Shown piece by piece: positions 44,638-54,645 of a stretch of DNA of 64,000 nt. Each line of letters starts with the position of its first letter. The stretch's first letter is position 1. The stretch covers positions 1-64,000 of the forward strand of contig CAWAXX010000012.1 of assembly GCA_963786105.1 (NCBI GenBank), read 5' to 3'. The notes beneath the pieces are model-generated. The model did not search any database, was not told where the DNA came from, and worked only from the letters and a program-made list of their open reading frames with translations. A program made the translations under genes and the position numbers. The stretch comes from Vulcanimicrobiota bacterium. Lineage in GTDB: Bacteria; Vulcanimicrobiota; Vulcanimicrobiia; Vulcanimicrobiales; Vulcanimicrobiaceae.

Positions 44638-45594
44638 CCGTCAACGTCAGCGAGCTGGCCGCGCGAATCGCCGAAGGAATGGATCGCGCCGTGGTCGATG
44701 CGCGCCGGACGACCTTCGCGCTCGAAGTAGCGCTGCTGGCGCGCGGTCACGTTTTGATCGAGGGCGTACCCGGCACCGGTAAGACGCTTGCCGTCCGCGC
44801 GTTGGCGATGTTGTTGGGCATCGATTTCCGGCGCATCCAGTTCACTCCGGACATGATGCCGGCCGACGTCGTCGGCACGACCGTGTTCAACCCCAAGACC
44901 ACCGAGTTTACGACGCGCTTAGGCCCGATCGTCGCCAACGTCGTGTCTGGCGGACGAGATCAATCGCACGCCTCCGAAAACGCAGGCGGCGTTGTTGGAA
45001 GCGATGGAGGAAGGCTGCGTCACGATCGACGGCGTTCCTCACCGGCTTCCCAGCCCGTTTCTGTTGTGCGCGACGCAAAATCCGATCGAATACGAGGGGA
45101 CCTATCCGCTTCCCGAGGCGCAGCTCGACCGGTTCATGGTGAAGATCGAATCGGCGTATCCGGCGGAAGTGCGCGAGTTGCAGTTGTTGGAGCGCGTGGC
45201 CGCCGGCTTCGACGCGCGCGACCTCGAAGCGTCCGGCATCGCGGCGGTGACCGGCGCCGCCGAGTTGATCGAAGCGCAGCGCGCGATCCGCACGATCCAC
45301 TTGTCGGCAAGCGTGCGCGACTATACGTATCGCATCGTCGCCGGAACGCGCACGCATCCGCGTTTGACGCTCGGCGCTTCGCCACGGGCCGGAATTGCGT
45401 TGCTGCTGGCGTCTCAGGCGGCTGCCGCCATAGCCGGCCGCGAGTTCGCTACGCCGGACGACGTCAAGGACGTTGCGTTCTGCGTCCTGCCGCACCGGCT
45501 GATCGTCGCGCCCGACGCGGAGATCGAAGGGATCTCGGCGGCCGACGTGCTGCACGAAATTCTCGCGAACGTTCCGGTTCCGCGTGAAGCGTAA
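44634..45594 (+). CDS. MoxR family AAA+ ATPase (apparent +1 frameshift near 44946)
   Basis: [25 protein letters not shown], (L)[33 protein letters not shown]. Confidence 0.93.
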
Positions 45595-46930
45595 GCGTCC
45601 GCGCGTGTGGCTGCCCATTTGGGTAACGCCGCGGTTTCTCTATCTGCTCGGCGCGCTCGCGCTGTTGGCAGCCTGCGCTCCCGGCGTCGCACCGTTGTTG
45701 CCTGTGGCGATTGCCGGCGGCGTCGCGCTCGGCCTCGCCCTCGTCGTCGACGCGATGGTCGGACCGCGTCCCAGCGAGGTCGCTGTCCAGCGGCGCAGCG
45801 GCGATCACCTCGCGTTGCGCGTGTCCACCGAGCTGACGTATCGGGTCGAGAACCGCTCCGCCCGCGCGATTGCGGCGGGCATCGTGGAAACCCCGGTGCG
45901 CACGTTGCGCTTCGAGCAGGACGAGACGATCGGCGACGTCCCGCCGCACTCGAGTGTGAGGCTCGTGCGGACGGTAACGCCAATCGCACGCGGGCGCGAC
46001 GAGTTCGGCACTTTGTACGTGTGGTACGAAAACGCGTTCGGATTGCTGCGCCGACGGATGGCGATCGAAGCGCCGCAAGCTTTTCGAGTCTTTCCCGACC
46101 TTTCGGCGGTCCAGCGATACGGCTCGCTTCACGTGCGCAATCGTTTGATCGAAGCGGGCCTGCGTAAGATGCGCTTACGCGGCGCCGGCACCGAGTTCGA
46201 ATCGCTGCGCGAGTGGTCCGACGGCGACGCTTTCCGTTTCGTCGACTGGAAGGCGACAGCTCGGCGCGGGAGGATGATGGTTGCGCATCACGAGGTCGAG
46301 CGGAGTCAAAACGTCATGCTCGTTCTCGATTGCGGCCGGCTGATGACGCCGCGCATCGACGGCAAGCAACGAAAACTCGACTACGCCGTGACCGCCGCTC
46401 TGTCGCTGGCCAGCATCGCCGGACTGGCCAGCGATCGCGTCGGCGTCGTCGCGTTTGCGCGCGAAATCCTCGCGGCCAGCGCGCCGCGCTCGACGCGCTC
46501 TTCGATCGCGCGTATCACCGAACTGCTCTACGATCTGGAACCACGTTTCGAAGAAGCCAACTACGGGCGGGCCTTCGCTTATCTGCGCGCGCATCTGCAC
46601 AAGCGCTCGCTGATCGTGTTTCTCACCGACGTCATCGATCCGCTGTCGCAAAGCGCGCTGCTGGCCGAGCTCGGATCGCTGGCGCGGCGCCATCTGCTCG
46701 TCTGCGTGTTCATGAACGATGCGGCCGTAACCGCCGCCTTAGCCGACGAACCCCGCGACGTCATCGGCGCGTACCGTGCCGGCGTAGCGTTGGGCCTGGC
46801 CGAAGAGCGGCGCACGGCGGCGGCACTGCTGATGCGCACCGGCGCGATCGTCGTCGACGTGCCCGCTGCGAAGCTGACGACGGCGCTGATCGACGAATAT
46901 CTGCGCGTGAAACAGCGCTCGCTACTGTAA
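45584..46930 (+). CDS. DUF58 / vWA-like protein
   Basis: [12 protein letters not shown]....[20 protein letters not shown]. Confidence 0.9.
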   Translation: MKRKRPRVWLPIWVTPRFLYLLGALALLAACAPGVAPLLPVAIAGGVALGLALVVDAMVGPRPSEVAVQRRSGDHLALRVSTELTYRVENRSARAIAAGIVETPVRTLRFEQDETIGDVPPHSSVRLVRTVTPIARGRDEFGTLYVWYENAFGLLRRRMAIEAPQAFRVFPDLSAVQRYGSLHVRNRLIEAGLRKMRLRGAGTEFESLREWSDGDAFRFVDWKATARRGRMMVAHHEVERSQNVMLVLDCGRLMTPRIDGKQRKLDYAVTAALSLASIAGLASDRVGVVAFAREILAASAPRSTRSSIARITELLYDLEPRFEEANYGRAFAYLRAHLHKRSLIVFLTDVIDPLSQSALLAELGSLARRHLLVCVFMNDAAVTAALADEPRDVIGAYRAGVALGLAEERRTAAALLMRTGAIVVDVPAAKLTTALIDEYLRVKQRSLL

Positions 46931-47908
46931 CTCTTCGGCGGACTCGCGCGCGCGCCGTCCCGAAAGTCCGAAGTAGAACAGCAACGCGGCCGCGGTGAGC
47001 GTTCCGATCGCAATGCGAACTTCGGGTGACCAGCGCTGGGGCGAAATGAAACCTTCAATCGTTCCGGCAACGACGAGCATCGAAGCGACCCCTACGATCA
47101 GCGTTCCCGCACGCCGCGCGTTGGAGACTAGCGCGTCGCGCCTGCGCAACCGTCCGGGAAAGACGACGCCGGCGGCGATCAGCAAACCGGCTGCGCCGGC
47201 GATCTGGATCGCCGTCAGCTCGATCACGCCGTGCGGCGCGATCGTCGCCCAAAAATCGTAGCCGAAGCCGGCGTTGGCAAAGAGCGCGCCGAGTCCGCCG
47301 AGCATGAGGCCGTTATAGGCAACGATGTATAGCGTGAGTGCCCCCAGCGTCACCGAGCCGGCGAACGCCATCACGGCGACCTTGATGTTGTTGGTGACGA
47401 TTATCGCCGACATCGCCGGTGCAAAGTCGCGGTCGAAGGCGAAGTTCGAGTCGTGCAGACTCTTTCGAATTTCGTCGGGAACGAGCTCCTTGGGAAGCAG
47501 GGCGTAGGCTTCGGCGGGGTGCGAGCGGATCACCGCAAAGGCAACGACGCTGAAAGCGATCGTTATCGCGGCGCAAATCGCTACGTAGGCGAACGAACGG
47601 CGAAATTCGCGCGGAAAGGTTTCGCGATAGAAGCGGGCGATTCGAGCGCCGCCCGTTTCGGCCGAACCGCCGTACACGTAGGCGTGTGCGCGCGCCGTGA
47701 GGCGATTGAGGTACTCGAGGAGCCGGGCATCGAACTCGCGGCCGCGAGCGTACGCCAAGTCGCTGGTGGTCGCACGGTACAGCCGGCCCAGTTCGGCGAT
47801 CTCGCCGGCGTCGAGCGCGCGTACGCCGCGCCGGCCGGCCCGCTGCAGCAGGGCGTCGAGACGCTCCCACGTCGGCGACCGTTTGTTCACGAATGACCCC
47901 TGCGTCAT
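46922..47908 (-). CDS. SpoIIM/DUF95 family membrane protein
   Basis: LYRATTSDLA, NNIKVA, NGLMLG, IAPHGVIELTAI, AGTIEGFISP. Confidence 0.9.
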   Translation of the reverse strand: MTQGSFVNKRSPTWERLDALLQRAGRRGVRALDAGEIAELGRLYRATTSDLAYARGREFDARLLEYLNRLTARAHAYVYGGSAETGGARIARFYRETFPREFRRSFAYVAICAAITIAFSVVAFAVIRSHPAEAYALLPKELVPDEIRKSLHDSNFAFDRDFAPAMSAIIVTNNIKVAVMAFAGSVTLGALTLYIVAYNGLMLGGLGALFANAGFGYDFWATIAPHGVIELTAIQIAGAAGLLIAAGVVFPGRLRRRDALVSNARRAGTLIVGVASMLVVAGTIEGFISPQRWSPEVRIAIGTLTAAALLFYFGLSGRRARESAEELQ

Positions 47909-47957
47909 AACTTATGCTCTAACGACGGTGTAGGCCGGCAAGCCTGGGTGTTTAAAC

Positions 47958-48106
47958 GGCGCTCCGGCCCAGCCTCCGCGCCCCCCACTTCGTGGGGCCC
48001 CCCGGCCATGGCGCGCGAAAGAGATTGGTCTGCTCGAGACTCCCCGAGGGCGCGCCAAATTAACCCACTGCCGTTGCCCAGGTTTCCCGGGACTACGTCG
48101 AGCACC
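47958..48106. repeat. ~150-nt structured intergenic element, copy 2
   Basis: Homologous to 29276-29425 in the same orientation; includes the exact 26-mer CGCGCCCCCCACTTCGTGGGGCCCCC. Confidence 0.85.
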
Positions 48107-48114
48107 AACACCTC

Positions 48115-48846
48115 GTGCAACGCAATCTCGACGTGCGGACGCCCGAAAGCATCGCATTTAGCTACGAACTGGCCGGCTTAGGAAGCCGTTTCTTGGCGTT
48201 GACGATCGATATGCTGTTACAAGGCGCGGTGTTTGCAGCGCTCGCGCTAGGTCTTATGCTTGCTGCGTCGCGCATCGCGCCGGTCAAGCACGTCGCGTCG
48301 GGCACCGAGAAGATCGCCGACGCGGTCGCGGTGGCGCTGCTAGTCGCGATCGTGTTCCTTATTTTCTTCGGGTACTTTATTATTTTCGAAACGTTCTGGA
48401 ACGGCCAGACGCCGGGAAAGCGCGCACTCGGCGTGCGCGCCGTACGCGACGGAGGATATCCTCTCGATTTCGGCGCCGCGCTCGTGCGCAATCTCGTTCG
48501 CGTCGGCGAGTTGGCGATCGGATTCTACGCGCTGTCGGCGATCAGCATGCTGCTCTCATCCGAAAACAAACGCCTCGGCGATTTTGCCGCGGGCACGATC
48601 GTCGTTCGCGACGCGCGCTTGGCGATGCCGAAGGCTTTGGCAGCCGAACCGGAACCCCAGTACGGTCCGACGCGCTACCTCTCGGGAGCCGAACGTTCGT
48701 TGATTCGGCGGTTTCTCGACCGGCGCGACGCGCTGACGCCGCAACGCCGTCGCGAGTTGGCCGCACAAATCGCCAGACGAGTACGTGAACGCGTGCCACC
48801 GGAACTGCAGCGCCTCGACGACGAACCGCTCCTCGAGAGGCTGTAG
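48115..48846 (+). CDS. RDD family protein
   Basis: TPESI...LAGLGSRFLALTID, GQTPGKR, KRLGDFAAGTIVV. Confidence 0.92.
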   Translation: MQRNLDVRTPESIAFSYELAGLGSRFLALTIDMLLQGAVFAALALGLMLAASRIAPVKHVASGTEKIADAVAVALLVAIVFLIFFGYFIIFETFWNGQTPGKRALGVRAVRDGGYPLDFGAALVRNLVRVGELAIGFYALSAISMLLSSENKRLGDFAAGTIVVRDARLAMPKALAAEPEPQYGPTRYLSGAERSLIRRFLDRRDALTPQRRRELAAQIARRVRERVPPELQRLDDEPLLERL

Positions 48847-48857
48847 GAGAACTCCGC

Positions 48858-49844
48858 TTATCTGAAGCGGCCCATGAGGTCGCGTGCAAACGTCATTGCG
48901 TCGCTTTTGGTGCGTTCGAAAAGTTTGGCGGCTTGACCGCTGGTCATGTGGCGCCCGTGTTCGAGGAAGAACGTTACACTCTCGCCGACGACGATCGTCC
49001 CGGCGTAGGCGATGGCACCTTTGATCGCGATTCCCGCGACCGGAATAAAGCCGCTGAGTTCGCGCGCGAGCGTGCGCCATCCGAAGCCACCGCCGACGAC
49101 CGGAAGCAGCTGCCACATCCGTTGAAGATCGGGATCGCGTCCGTACGCGGCTTCAACGTGGAGCAACAGCATCATCTGGATGCCGGTAATCGCAACCATG
49201 TCGCCGGCCGAGGCAAAGGCACCGAGAACCAATCCGACGACCGGGATGTGATCGACGACCGCGCTGGCGAGCGAAACCTTCAGGGCGTTGCGAGCGGCGT
49301 CGCGCGTCAGCTTCGCCGCCACCGTTTCGCGCAAGGCGGGCAGGCGCCGGCCGACCGCAATCTCCACGCCGCGCGCGCATTCGACCAGGTGCGGAAAAAC
49401 GCGTCCGCGCAACGCTTCGCGCGAAATTCGCTGCGCGACGTATTCGGCCGACGCGCCCGGAGCAGGAACCGCCGGCGGGCCGCTAGGTGACGCGGCCGGA
49501 TCGATCGTTACCGCCAGTATCGGAACCTTAAGCGCGCTCATAGAAGCGAGATCCGCTCCTGCGAAGTCGCCGGGCCGTCCGAGAAAGATCGCTGCGCGAA
49601 CGTCGCTCGCGTCGACCATTACCGGTGTCCGCGGCAGAAGCGTTTCCAAACAGGCCGCCGCGTCGAGCGGAACCGTCCCGTCGTCGTGGCCGGCGAGCAG
49701 CAGCGCGCGCATCTCGGCAATTAGTGCGGGATCGCCGCAGAGCAGGAACCGAAAGGGCTTGCGCACGTGGGCGCGTACCGCGCGCACGTCGATGCCCTTA
49801 CGAACGAGGCGAAAGACGTCTTTCGCACCAAGAGCGGAGGCCAT
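48858..49844 (-). CDS. Uncharacterised protein with DUF697/EcsC-like hydrophobic C-terminal region
   Basis: HIPVVG...D..AITGIQMML...YG and FIPVAGIAIKGAIAYAGT; start moved to ATG 49844. Confidence 0.6.
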   Translation of the reverse strand: MASALGAKDVFRLVRKGIDVRAVRAHVRKPFRFLLCGDPALIAEMRALLLAGHDDGTVPLDAAACLETLLPRTPVMVDASDVRAAIFLGRPGDFAGADLASMSALKVPILAVTIDPAASPSGPPAVPAPGASAEYVAQRISREALRGRVFPHLVECARGVEIAVGRRLPALRETVAAKLTRDAARNALKVSLASAVVDHIPVVGLVLGAFASAGDMVAITGIQMMLLLHVEAAYGRDPDLQRMWQLLPVVGGGFGWRTLARELSGFIPVAGIAIKGAIAYAGTIVVGESVTFFLEHGRHMTSGQAAKLFERTKSDAMTFARDLMGRFR

Positions 49845-49855
49845 GCGTTCCTTCC

Positions 49856-51907
49856 CTACAAGCCCAGTTCCGAAAGCGTCGCCGCTTCGGTGCCGTCGGC
49901 TCGACGCAGCTCTTTCATGGGGTCGTCGGTGAAGTCGAGATACACCAAACCCACAAAGATCTCGAGCGGCCACGCGTGCATTCCGTGCGTATTTGCGACG
50001 TCGACAATGGTCTGCTTGTTGCTTTTGGCTTCGGCAACGATCGCTTCGGGCGTGCTCTTGATGTCGGCGGCCAAAATGGTCGCCAGCGTCACGTCGCCCG
50101 GCGTCAATCCGGCGCGCAGCATCGTCCGGTAGTCGAGACCGCTGATGCCGAAACGCTTTTGCAGCGCATACTGAAGGGTGGAGTAGCGCTGCGGCGACGT
50201 ACCTAAACCGAGCAGGGTGATTCGCGTGGAGATTTGGCGCGAGCGAGCCATGTTGTAGAGCTGCGCGCCTTGCGATGCGGCGGTAGCCGCGCTATTGAAA
50301 TCGGCCACCGATTTCTGCATCGTCGGCTGCAGCGAAGTGTAAGCACTCTCGCTGATGTCGCCGTTGAAGCTGAGTTGAACGTGATCGAGTTGTTTGAGAA
50401 ACTCGTCGAGATCGCCGACGGACTGATCGAGCTGCGTGAGCGAGGCGCGCGCGGCGTCGACCGCGCGAAGCATGTCGCCGTCGGAAAGCGACAGGTCGTT
50501 GAGCATCTGCGGATAGTTTGGTAGAATCGCGAGCGAGTCGGCGGGGATCGGTACCGACGCAAACGGCTCGAGCATCTCCGTATAAATGTCGGAGCCCTCC
50601 TTGAGCATCCCGCTCTCTTTGCCTTTCTCGAGGGTGCCGACGCCGCCGAGCGGGGCGCGGGCATCCTGTAACGCGCTGTCGATGGAGCGCGACATCAGGC
50701 TGAGATTCTTTACGATGGCCTCGACCCGCGATCCGCGCCGAATGTTGATCCGGCTGAAATCCGGAATCTCGTACTGCAGGGAATTCACGCGCGTGTTGAT
50801 GGCCTTGATCTGATCCTTGCCTTCGGCCGCGCGCGCCGCGATTTGCGATGCGGCTTCTATTTGCGAGGCTTGCCCGGCTCGCACCGCGCTCTGGAGCTTC
50901 GGCAGGTTGGGATGCGTTAACGTAACGCGTTGAACTTCCATCTGCCGTAAGGCGGAGATGCGCTGATTGGCGGCCGCCCGGGTTTGCGGCGAGCCGAGTT
51001 GCGCGGCTTCGGACAGTGTCTGCTGGCTCTTGCTGGTGAGGCCGAGGGCGAGGTCGGATTGTCCCATCTCCAGCAGCGCTTCGGCGTTCTGCGGGTCCTT
51101 TTTGAGGACGTTTGCCAAGCGAATAGCGCCGAACTCATAGCGCGCGCGTTCCTCATCGCTCGAAGCTTGAACCAGCTGCTGCGCGGTCGTGACGTCCTTC
51201 GGATCGAGCTCGGGGTAGCCCATGAGGTGCGCGACGCGCTTCTTCGGATCCGGGTGGTCCTCGAGATATTTCGTCAACAGGTCGCTGTGCTCGTCTTGCA
51301 GCACCGCTAGGTGGGCCATCATCGTGACCATGGATTCCGGATCGTAGCCGGCGCGCGACATCAACTGTAGGCCGTAACGATCGGCTTGGAGTTCGTCTTC
51401 GCGCGAAATCTTGGCCATCAAGCCGGCTTCGGCCAAACTGCCGAAGTTAGAGATCAGCGGCGAAAAGAGCGACGCGATGCCGAATAGGATGTTGAGGATC
51501 TCCGCTTTCGATTGCGTGGTGATGACGTGCCGGCGCTCGATGTGACCGGTTTCGTGGCCGACGACGCTCGCCAACTCGTCGTCGGATTGGACGAAGTCGA
51601 CCAAGCCTTCGTTGACGTACACGAATCCGCCCATGGTCGCGAAGGAGTTGATACTGTCGTCCTTGATAATTTTGACCGAGTACGGGACGTCCTTGCGCGC
51701 GACTTGGTTCCAAAGATTCTCGGCGATGCCTTGAACGTAGGCGTTGAGGAGTGGATCGGTTTCGATCACGCTGCTGGCGACGATCTGCTGGTCTTCCTCC
51801 TGGCCGAGCTGAATCTCGGCGGCCGTCGACATGGCGTAGACCGGCGCAGGGACGGCGGCGAACGCGAGCGATAGGGCGATCAAGACGGGGATGATTCGGC
51901 GCATCAT
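49856..51907 (-). CDS. M48 family zinc metalloprotease with TPR and helical C-terminal extension, exported
   Basis: Signal peptide; INSFATMGG, ELASVVGHETGH (HExxH), SREDELQAD, GYDP, DHP. Confidence 0.9.
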   Translation of the reverse strand: MMRRIIPVLIALSLAFAAVPAPVYAMSTAAEIQLGQEEDQQIVASSVIETDPLLNAYVQGIAENLWNQVARKDVPYSVKIIKDDSINSFATMGGFVYVNEGLVDFVQSDDELASVVGHETGHIERRHVITTQSKAEILNILFGIASLFSPLISNFGSLAEAGLMAKISREDELQADRYGLQLMSRAGYDPESMVTMMAHLAVLQDEHSDLLTKYLEDHPDPKKRVAHLMGYPELDPKDVTTAQQLVQASSDEERARYEFGAIRLANVLKKDPQNAEALLEMGQSDLALGLTSKSQQTLSEAAQLGSPQTRAAANQRISALRQMEVQRVTLTHPNLPKLQSAVRAGQASQIEAASQIAARAAEGKDQIKAINTRVNSLQYEIPDFSRINIRRGSRVEAIVKNLSLMSRSIDSALQDARAPLGGVGTLEKGKESGMLKEGSDIYTEMLEPFASVPIPADSLAILPNYPQMLNDLSLSDGDMLRAVDAARASLTQLDQSVGDLDEFLKQLDHVQLSFNGDISESAYTSLQPTMQKSVADFNSAATAASQGAQLYNMARSRQISTRITLLGLGTSPQRYSTLQYALQKRFGISGLDYRTMLRAGLTPGDVTLATILAADIKSTPEAIVAEAKSNKQTIVDVANTHGMHAWPLEIFVGLVYLDFTDDPMKELRRADGTEAATLSELGL

Positions 51908-51992
51908 AAGCCTTCTTTTAGGAGTACTCGGGTAAAGTGAGCCTTGTTCCAGAAACGACCGGCGGGTTCGTCGCGTTACACGAGGCGGCTGC

Positions 51993-52075
51993 TGTGCACC
52001 AGCTGTGGATAATGGCAAGAACTTGCGAGTCCGGTGTGGATGGCAGCGGGTATGGAGCGGCGAGCGTGTGAACCG
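51993..52075. promoter_or_regulatory. DnaA-box cluster upstream of minC
   Basis: Perfect TGTGGATAA at 52004-52012, plus same-orientation degenerate boxes TGTGCACCA 51993, TGTGGATGG 52035 and TGTGAACCG 52067. Confidence 0.55.
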
Positions 52076-52114
52076 GGCGAGACATCGTATCCGAGAGGTA
52101 TTCGAAGCAAACAC

Positions 52115-52992
52115 GTGACTCTCTTACGCGGCAGGAAGCAAGGCCTCGAGGTCGCGCTCGCCGGGCGCGAGCTTGGCGCGGCGTTCGATGAGCTGCAAGC
52201 TCGCCTTGCCGAGCGGCCGGGCTTTTACCGCGGCACCGTTGCGGTGGCGAATTTCGGCACGACGCGCCCGTCGCCCGAGGAGTTGCGCAGATTGCAGGAG
52301 TTGTTTCCGGCGCCGGCATCGAGTTGCGGGCGGTGGCCGGCTCGCCCGAGGTCGAGGAGGTCGCCGGCCAGTGCGGACTCTCCTTCGAAAAAGTGGGCGC
52401 CTTGGATCAGCACGAGCTCGCGCGCCGTCGCGCGCTGCGTCCCCGCCGGGACGTCAAGCTTTCCGACGCTGCTCGTTCCCTGGTCGCCGATTTTGCCGGC
52501 GCTCGCGCGGACATCGCCGACCGGCGGCGGCGCGGCGAGGCGAGCGTTCCGCGTCTCGACCCCTCGATCGTCCTTCCGGACGAACCGGGTGCGCCGGAGG
52601 CTCCGGCCGCTCTGCACCTGGTGGAGACCCCGCCGAGCACGCTCTATCACGCCGGCACCGTGCGCGGCGGCCAGGCGCTCCATCACGTCGGTCACATCGT
52701 GGTCGTCGGCGACGTGAATCCCGGAGCCGAGCTCATCGCCAGCGGCGACGTCGTGGTGTTTGGGAGGCTCGGCGGGGTGGCGCATGCCGGCGCGCAAGGC
52801 GACGAAGCCGCGCGCGTGCACGCGCTCGATCTCGACGCCACTCAACTGCGCATCGCAACGTTCATCGCGGCCGACGATCGAGATCGTTCGCGAACTTCCC
52901 GCCCCGAAGTCGCGTTGGTTCGCGACGCCCGCATCGTCGTGGTTTCCTACGACCGGCTCGACGAAATCGAGCGAGGAGTTACCCAATCGTGA
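52115..52992 (+). CDS. minC: Septum site-determining protein MinC (apparent 1-base deletion near 52304; start uncertain)
   Basis: LRGRKQGL N-domain; GTVRGGQ...VVGDVNPGAELIASGDVVVFGRLGGVAHAGAQG C-domain. Confidence 0.93.
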
Positions 52993-53780
52993 TCGCGCGC
53001 CGCATCGTCGTAACTTCGGGCAAGGGCGGGGTCGGCAAAACGACCACCACCGCGAATCTCGGAGCGGCGCTGGCCAAACGAGGCAAGCGCGTCATTCTCA
53101 TCGATGCCGATATCGGGCTGCGGAATCTCGACCTCGTCTTGGGCTTGGAAAAGCGCATCGTGTTCGATCTGGTCGAAGTGGCCGAAGGACGTTGTCAGCT
53201 TCGGCAAGCGTTGATCAAGGACAAGCGCTTCGAATCGCTTTCGATTCTCCCGGCGGCCCAGACGCGCGAAAAAGACGCGATTACCGAAGAGCAGTTCTCG
53301 GCGATCGTCGAACGCGCGGCCGAACAGAGCGATTACGTGCTGATCGATTGTCCGGCCGGCATCGAGACCGGTTTTCGCAACGCGGTCGCCGGCGCGGCCG
53401 AGGCGATCGTCGTGACTACGCCGGAAGTGAGCGCGATCCGCGACGCGGACCGCGTGGTCGGCAAGCTCAGCGACCGAGGCAAACCGATTCGCCTCATCGT
53501 CAACCGCCTACGTTCGGAGATGGTGCGCAGCGGCGACATGCTTTCGGTCGACGACGTCTGCGAGATTTTGGCGATCGAACTGCTCGGGATCGTGCCCGAC
53601 AGCGACGAGATCATCGACACGACCAATCGCGGGGAGCCGGTCGTACTGGATGAAACCAGCCGGGTGCGCGGGATTTACGACAAGATCGTCCGGCGCCTGG
53701 AAGGCGAGATCGTACCGTTCACGAGGTTCGACGGTCACGGATTCTTCGGGCGTCTTTTCGACGCCATGAAAGTGGGATAG
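52989..53780 (+). CDS. minD: Septum site-determining ATPase MinD, paralog 1
   Basis: TSGKGGVGKTT, DADIGLRNLD, DCPAGIE, TPEVSAIRDADR, C-terminal membrane helix GFFGRLF. Confidence 0.95.
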   Translation: MIARRIVVTSGKGGVGKTTTTANLGAALAKRGKRVILIDADIGLRNLDLVLGLEKRIVFDLVEVAEGRCQLRQALIKDKRFESLSILPAAQTREKDAITEEQFSAIVERAAEQSDYVLIDCPAGIETGFRNAVAGAAEAIVVTTPEVSAIRDADRVVGKLSDRGKPIRLIVNRLRSEMVRSGDMLSVDDVCEILAIELLGIVPDSDEIIDTTNRGEPVVLDETSRVRGIYDKIVRRLEGEIVPFTRFDGHGFFGRLFDAMKVG

Positions 53781-53790
53781 GGACACCGAC

Positions 53791-54645
53791 ATGCACGTTC
53801 TCAAACCGGATGAAAAAGAAGTGCCTCAAATCGGAGCAGCGGCAGCGAAGCTCGGCAGAGCGATCGTGATCACGTCGGGAAAAGGCGGCGTTGGGAAAAC
53901 GACGACCACGGCAAATATCGGCACCGCGCTCGCTCGGCGCGGCGCCAGCGTCGTGCTCGTCGACGCGGACGTCGGGCTGCGTAATCTGGACATCGTGCTC
54001 GGGCTGGAGAGCCGCGTCAAGCATCACTTGCTCGACGTGCTCGAAGACCAAGTTTCGCTCGACGATGCGCTGGTTGCCGACAAGCACAGTCCGACGCTGC
54101 GCCTGCTCGCCGCGGCCCAGTCGCGCGAAAAAGAGGACGTCGATACCGACAAGATGCGCGCGCTAATCCAGTCGCTGCGCGAACGCTTCGACTACGTGCT
54201 GATCGACTGCCCGGCCGGAATCGAGCTCGGCTTTAAGAACGCGGTCGCCGGAGCCGACGAAGCGATCGTGGTCTGCACGCCGGAGGTCTCGGCGGTGCGC
54301 GACGTCGATCGCGTCGTCGGTCTTCTCGGCAACGCGTTCAAGCCTCAGCTCGTAATCAACCGGTTGCGGCCGCAGCTCGTCAAAAAGGGCAAGATGCTGT
54401 CGGTAGACGACGTCAACGCCATTTTGCGGCTTCCGCTGCTGGGGGTGATCGCCGACGAACCTGAGATCATCGTCTCGACGAACCGCGGCGAGCCCTTGGC
54501 GTTGCGCGACGATGCACCGACCGGAGCCGCGTATCGCGCGATCGCCGCGCGGGTGGCCGGCGAGGACGTACCGGCGCCGTTCCCGCCGGTCGCGCAAACG
54601 TTCTTCGAGCGGTTGGGCTCGATGTTCGGAGGCAAGCGCTCGTGA
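53791..54645 (+). CDS. minD: Septum site-determining ATPase MinD, paralog 2
   Basis: TSGKGGVGKTT, DADVGLRNLD, DCPAGIE, TPEVSAVRDVDR, C-terminal TFFERLGSMFGG. Confidence 0.93.
   Translation: MHVLKPDEKEVPQIGAAAAKLGRAIVITSGKGGVGKTTTTANIGTALARRGASVVLVDADVGLRNLDIVLGLESRVKHHLLDVLEDQVSLDDALVADKHSPTLRLLAAAQSREKEDVDTDKMRALIQSLRERFDYVLIDCPAGIELGFKNAVAGADEAIVVCTPEVSAVRDVDRVVGLLGNAFKPQLVINRLRPQLVKKGKMLSVDDVNAILRLPLLGVIADEPEIIVSTNRGEPLALRDDAPTGAAYRAIAARVAGEDVPAPFPPVAQTFFERLGSMFGGKRS

Noticed and set aside
43506..45587. 693-aa ORF that looks like a DUF4350-MoxR fusion
   Set aside because: Artefact of frameshifts; DUF4350 ends at 44637 and MoxR starts at 44634 with a normal ATGA overlap.
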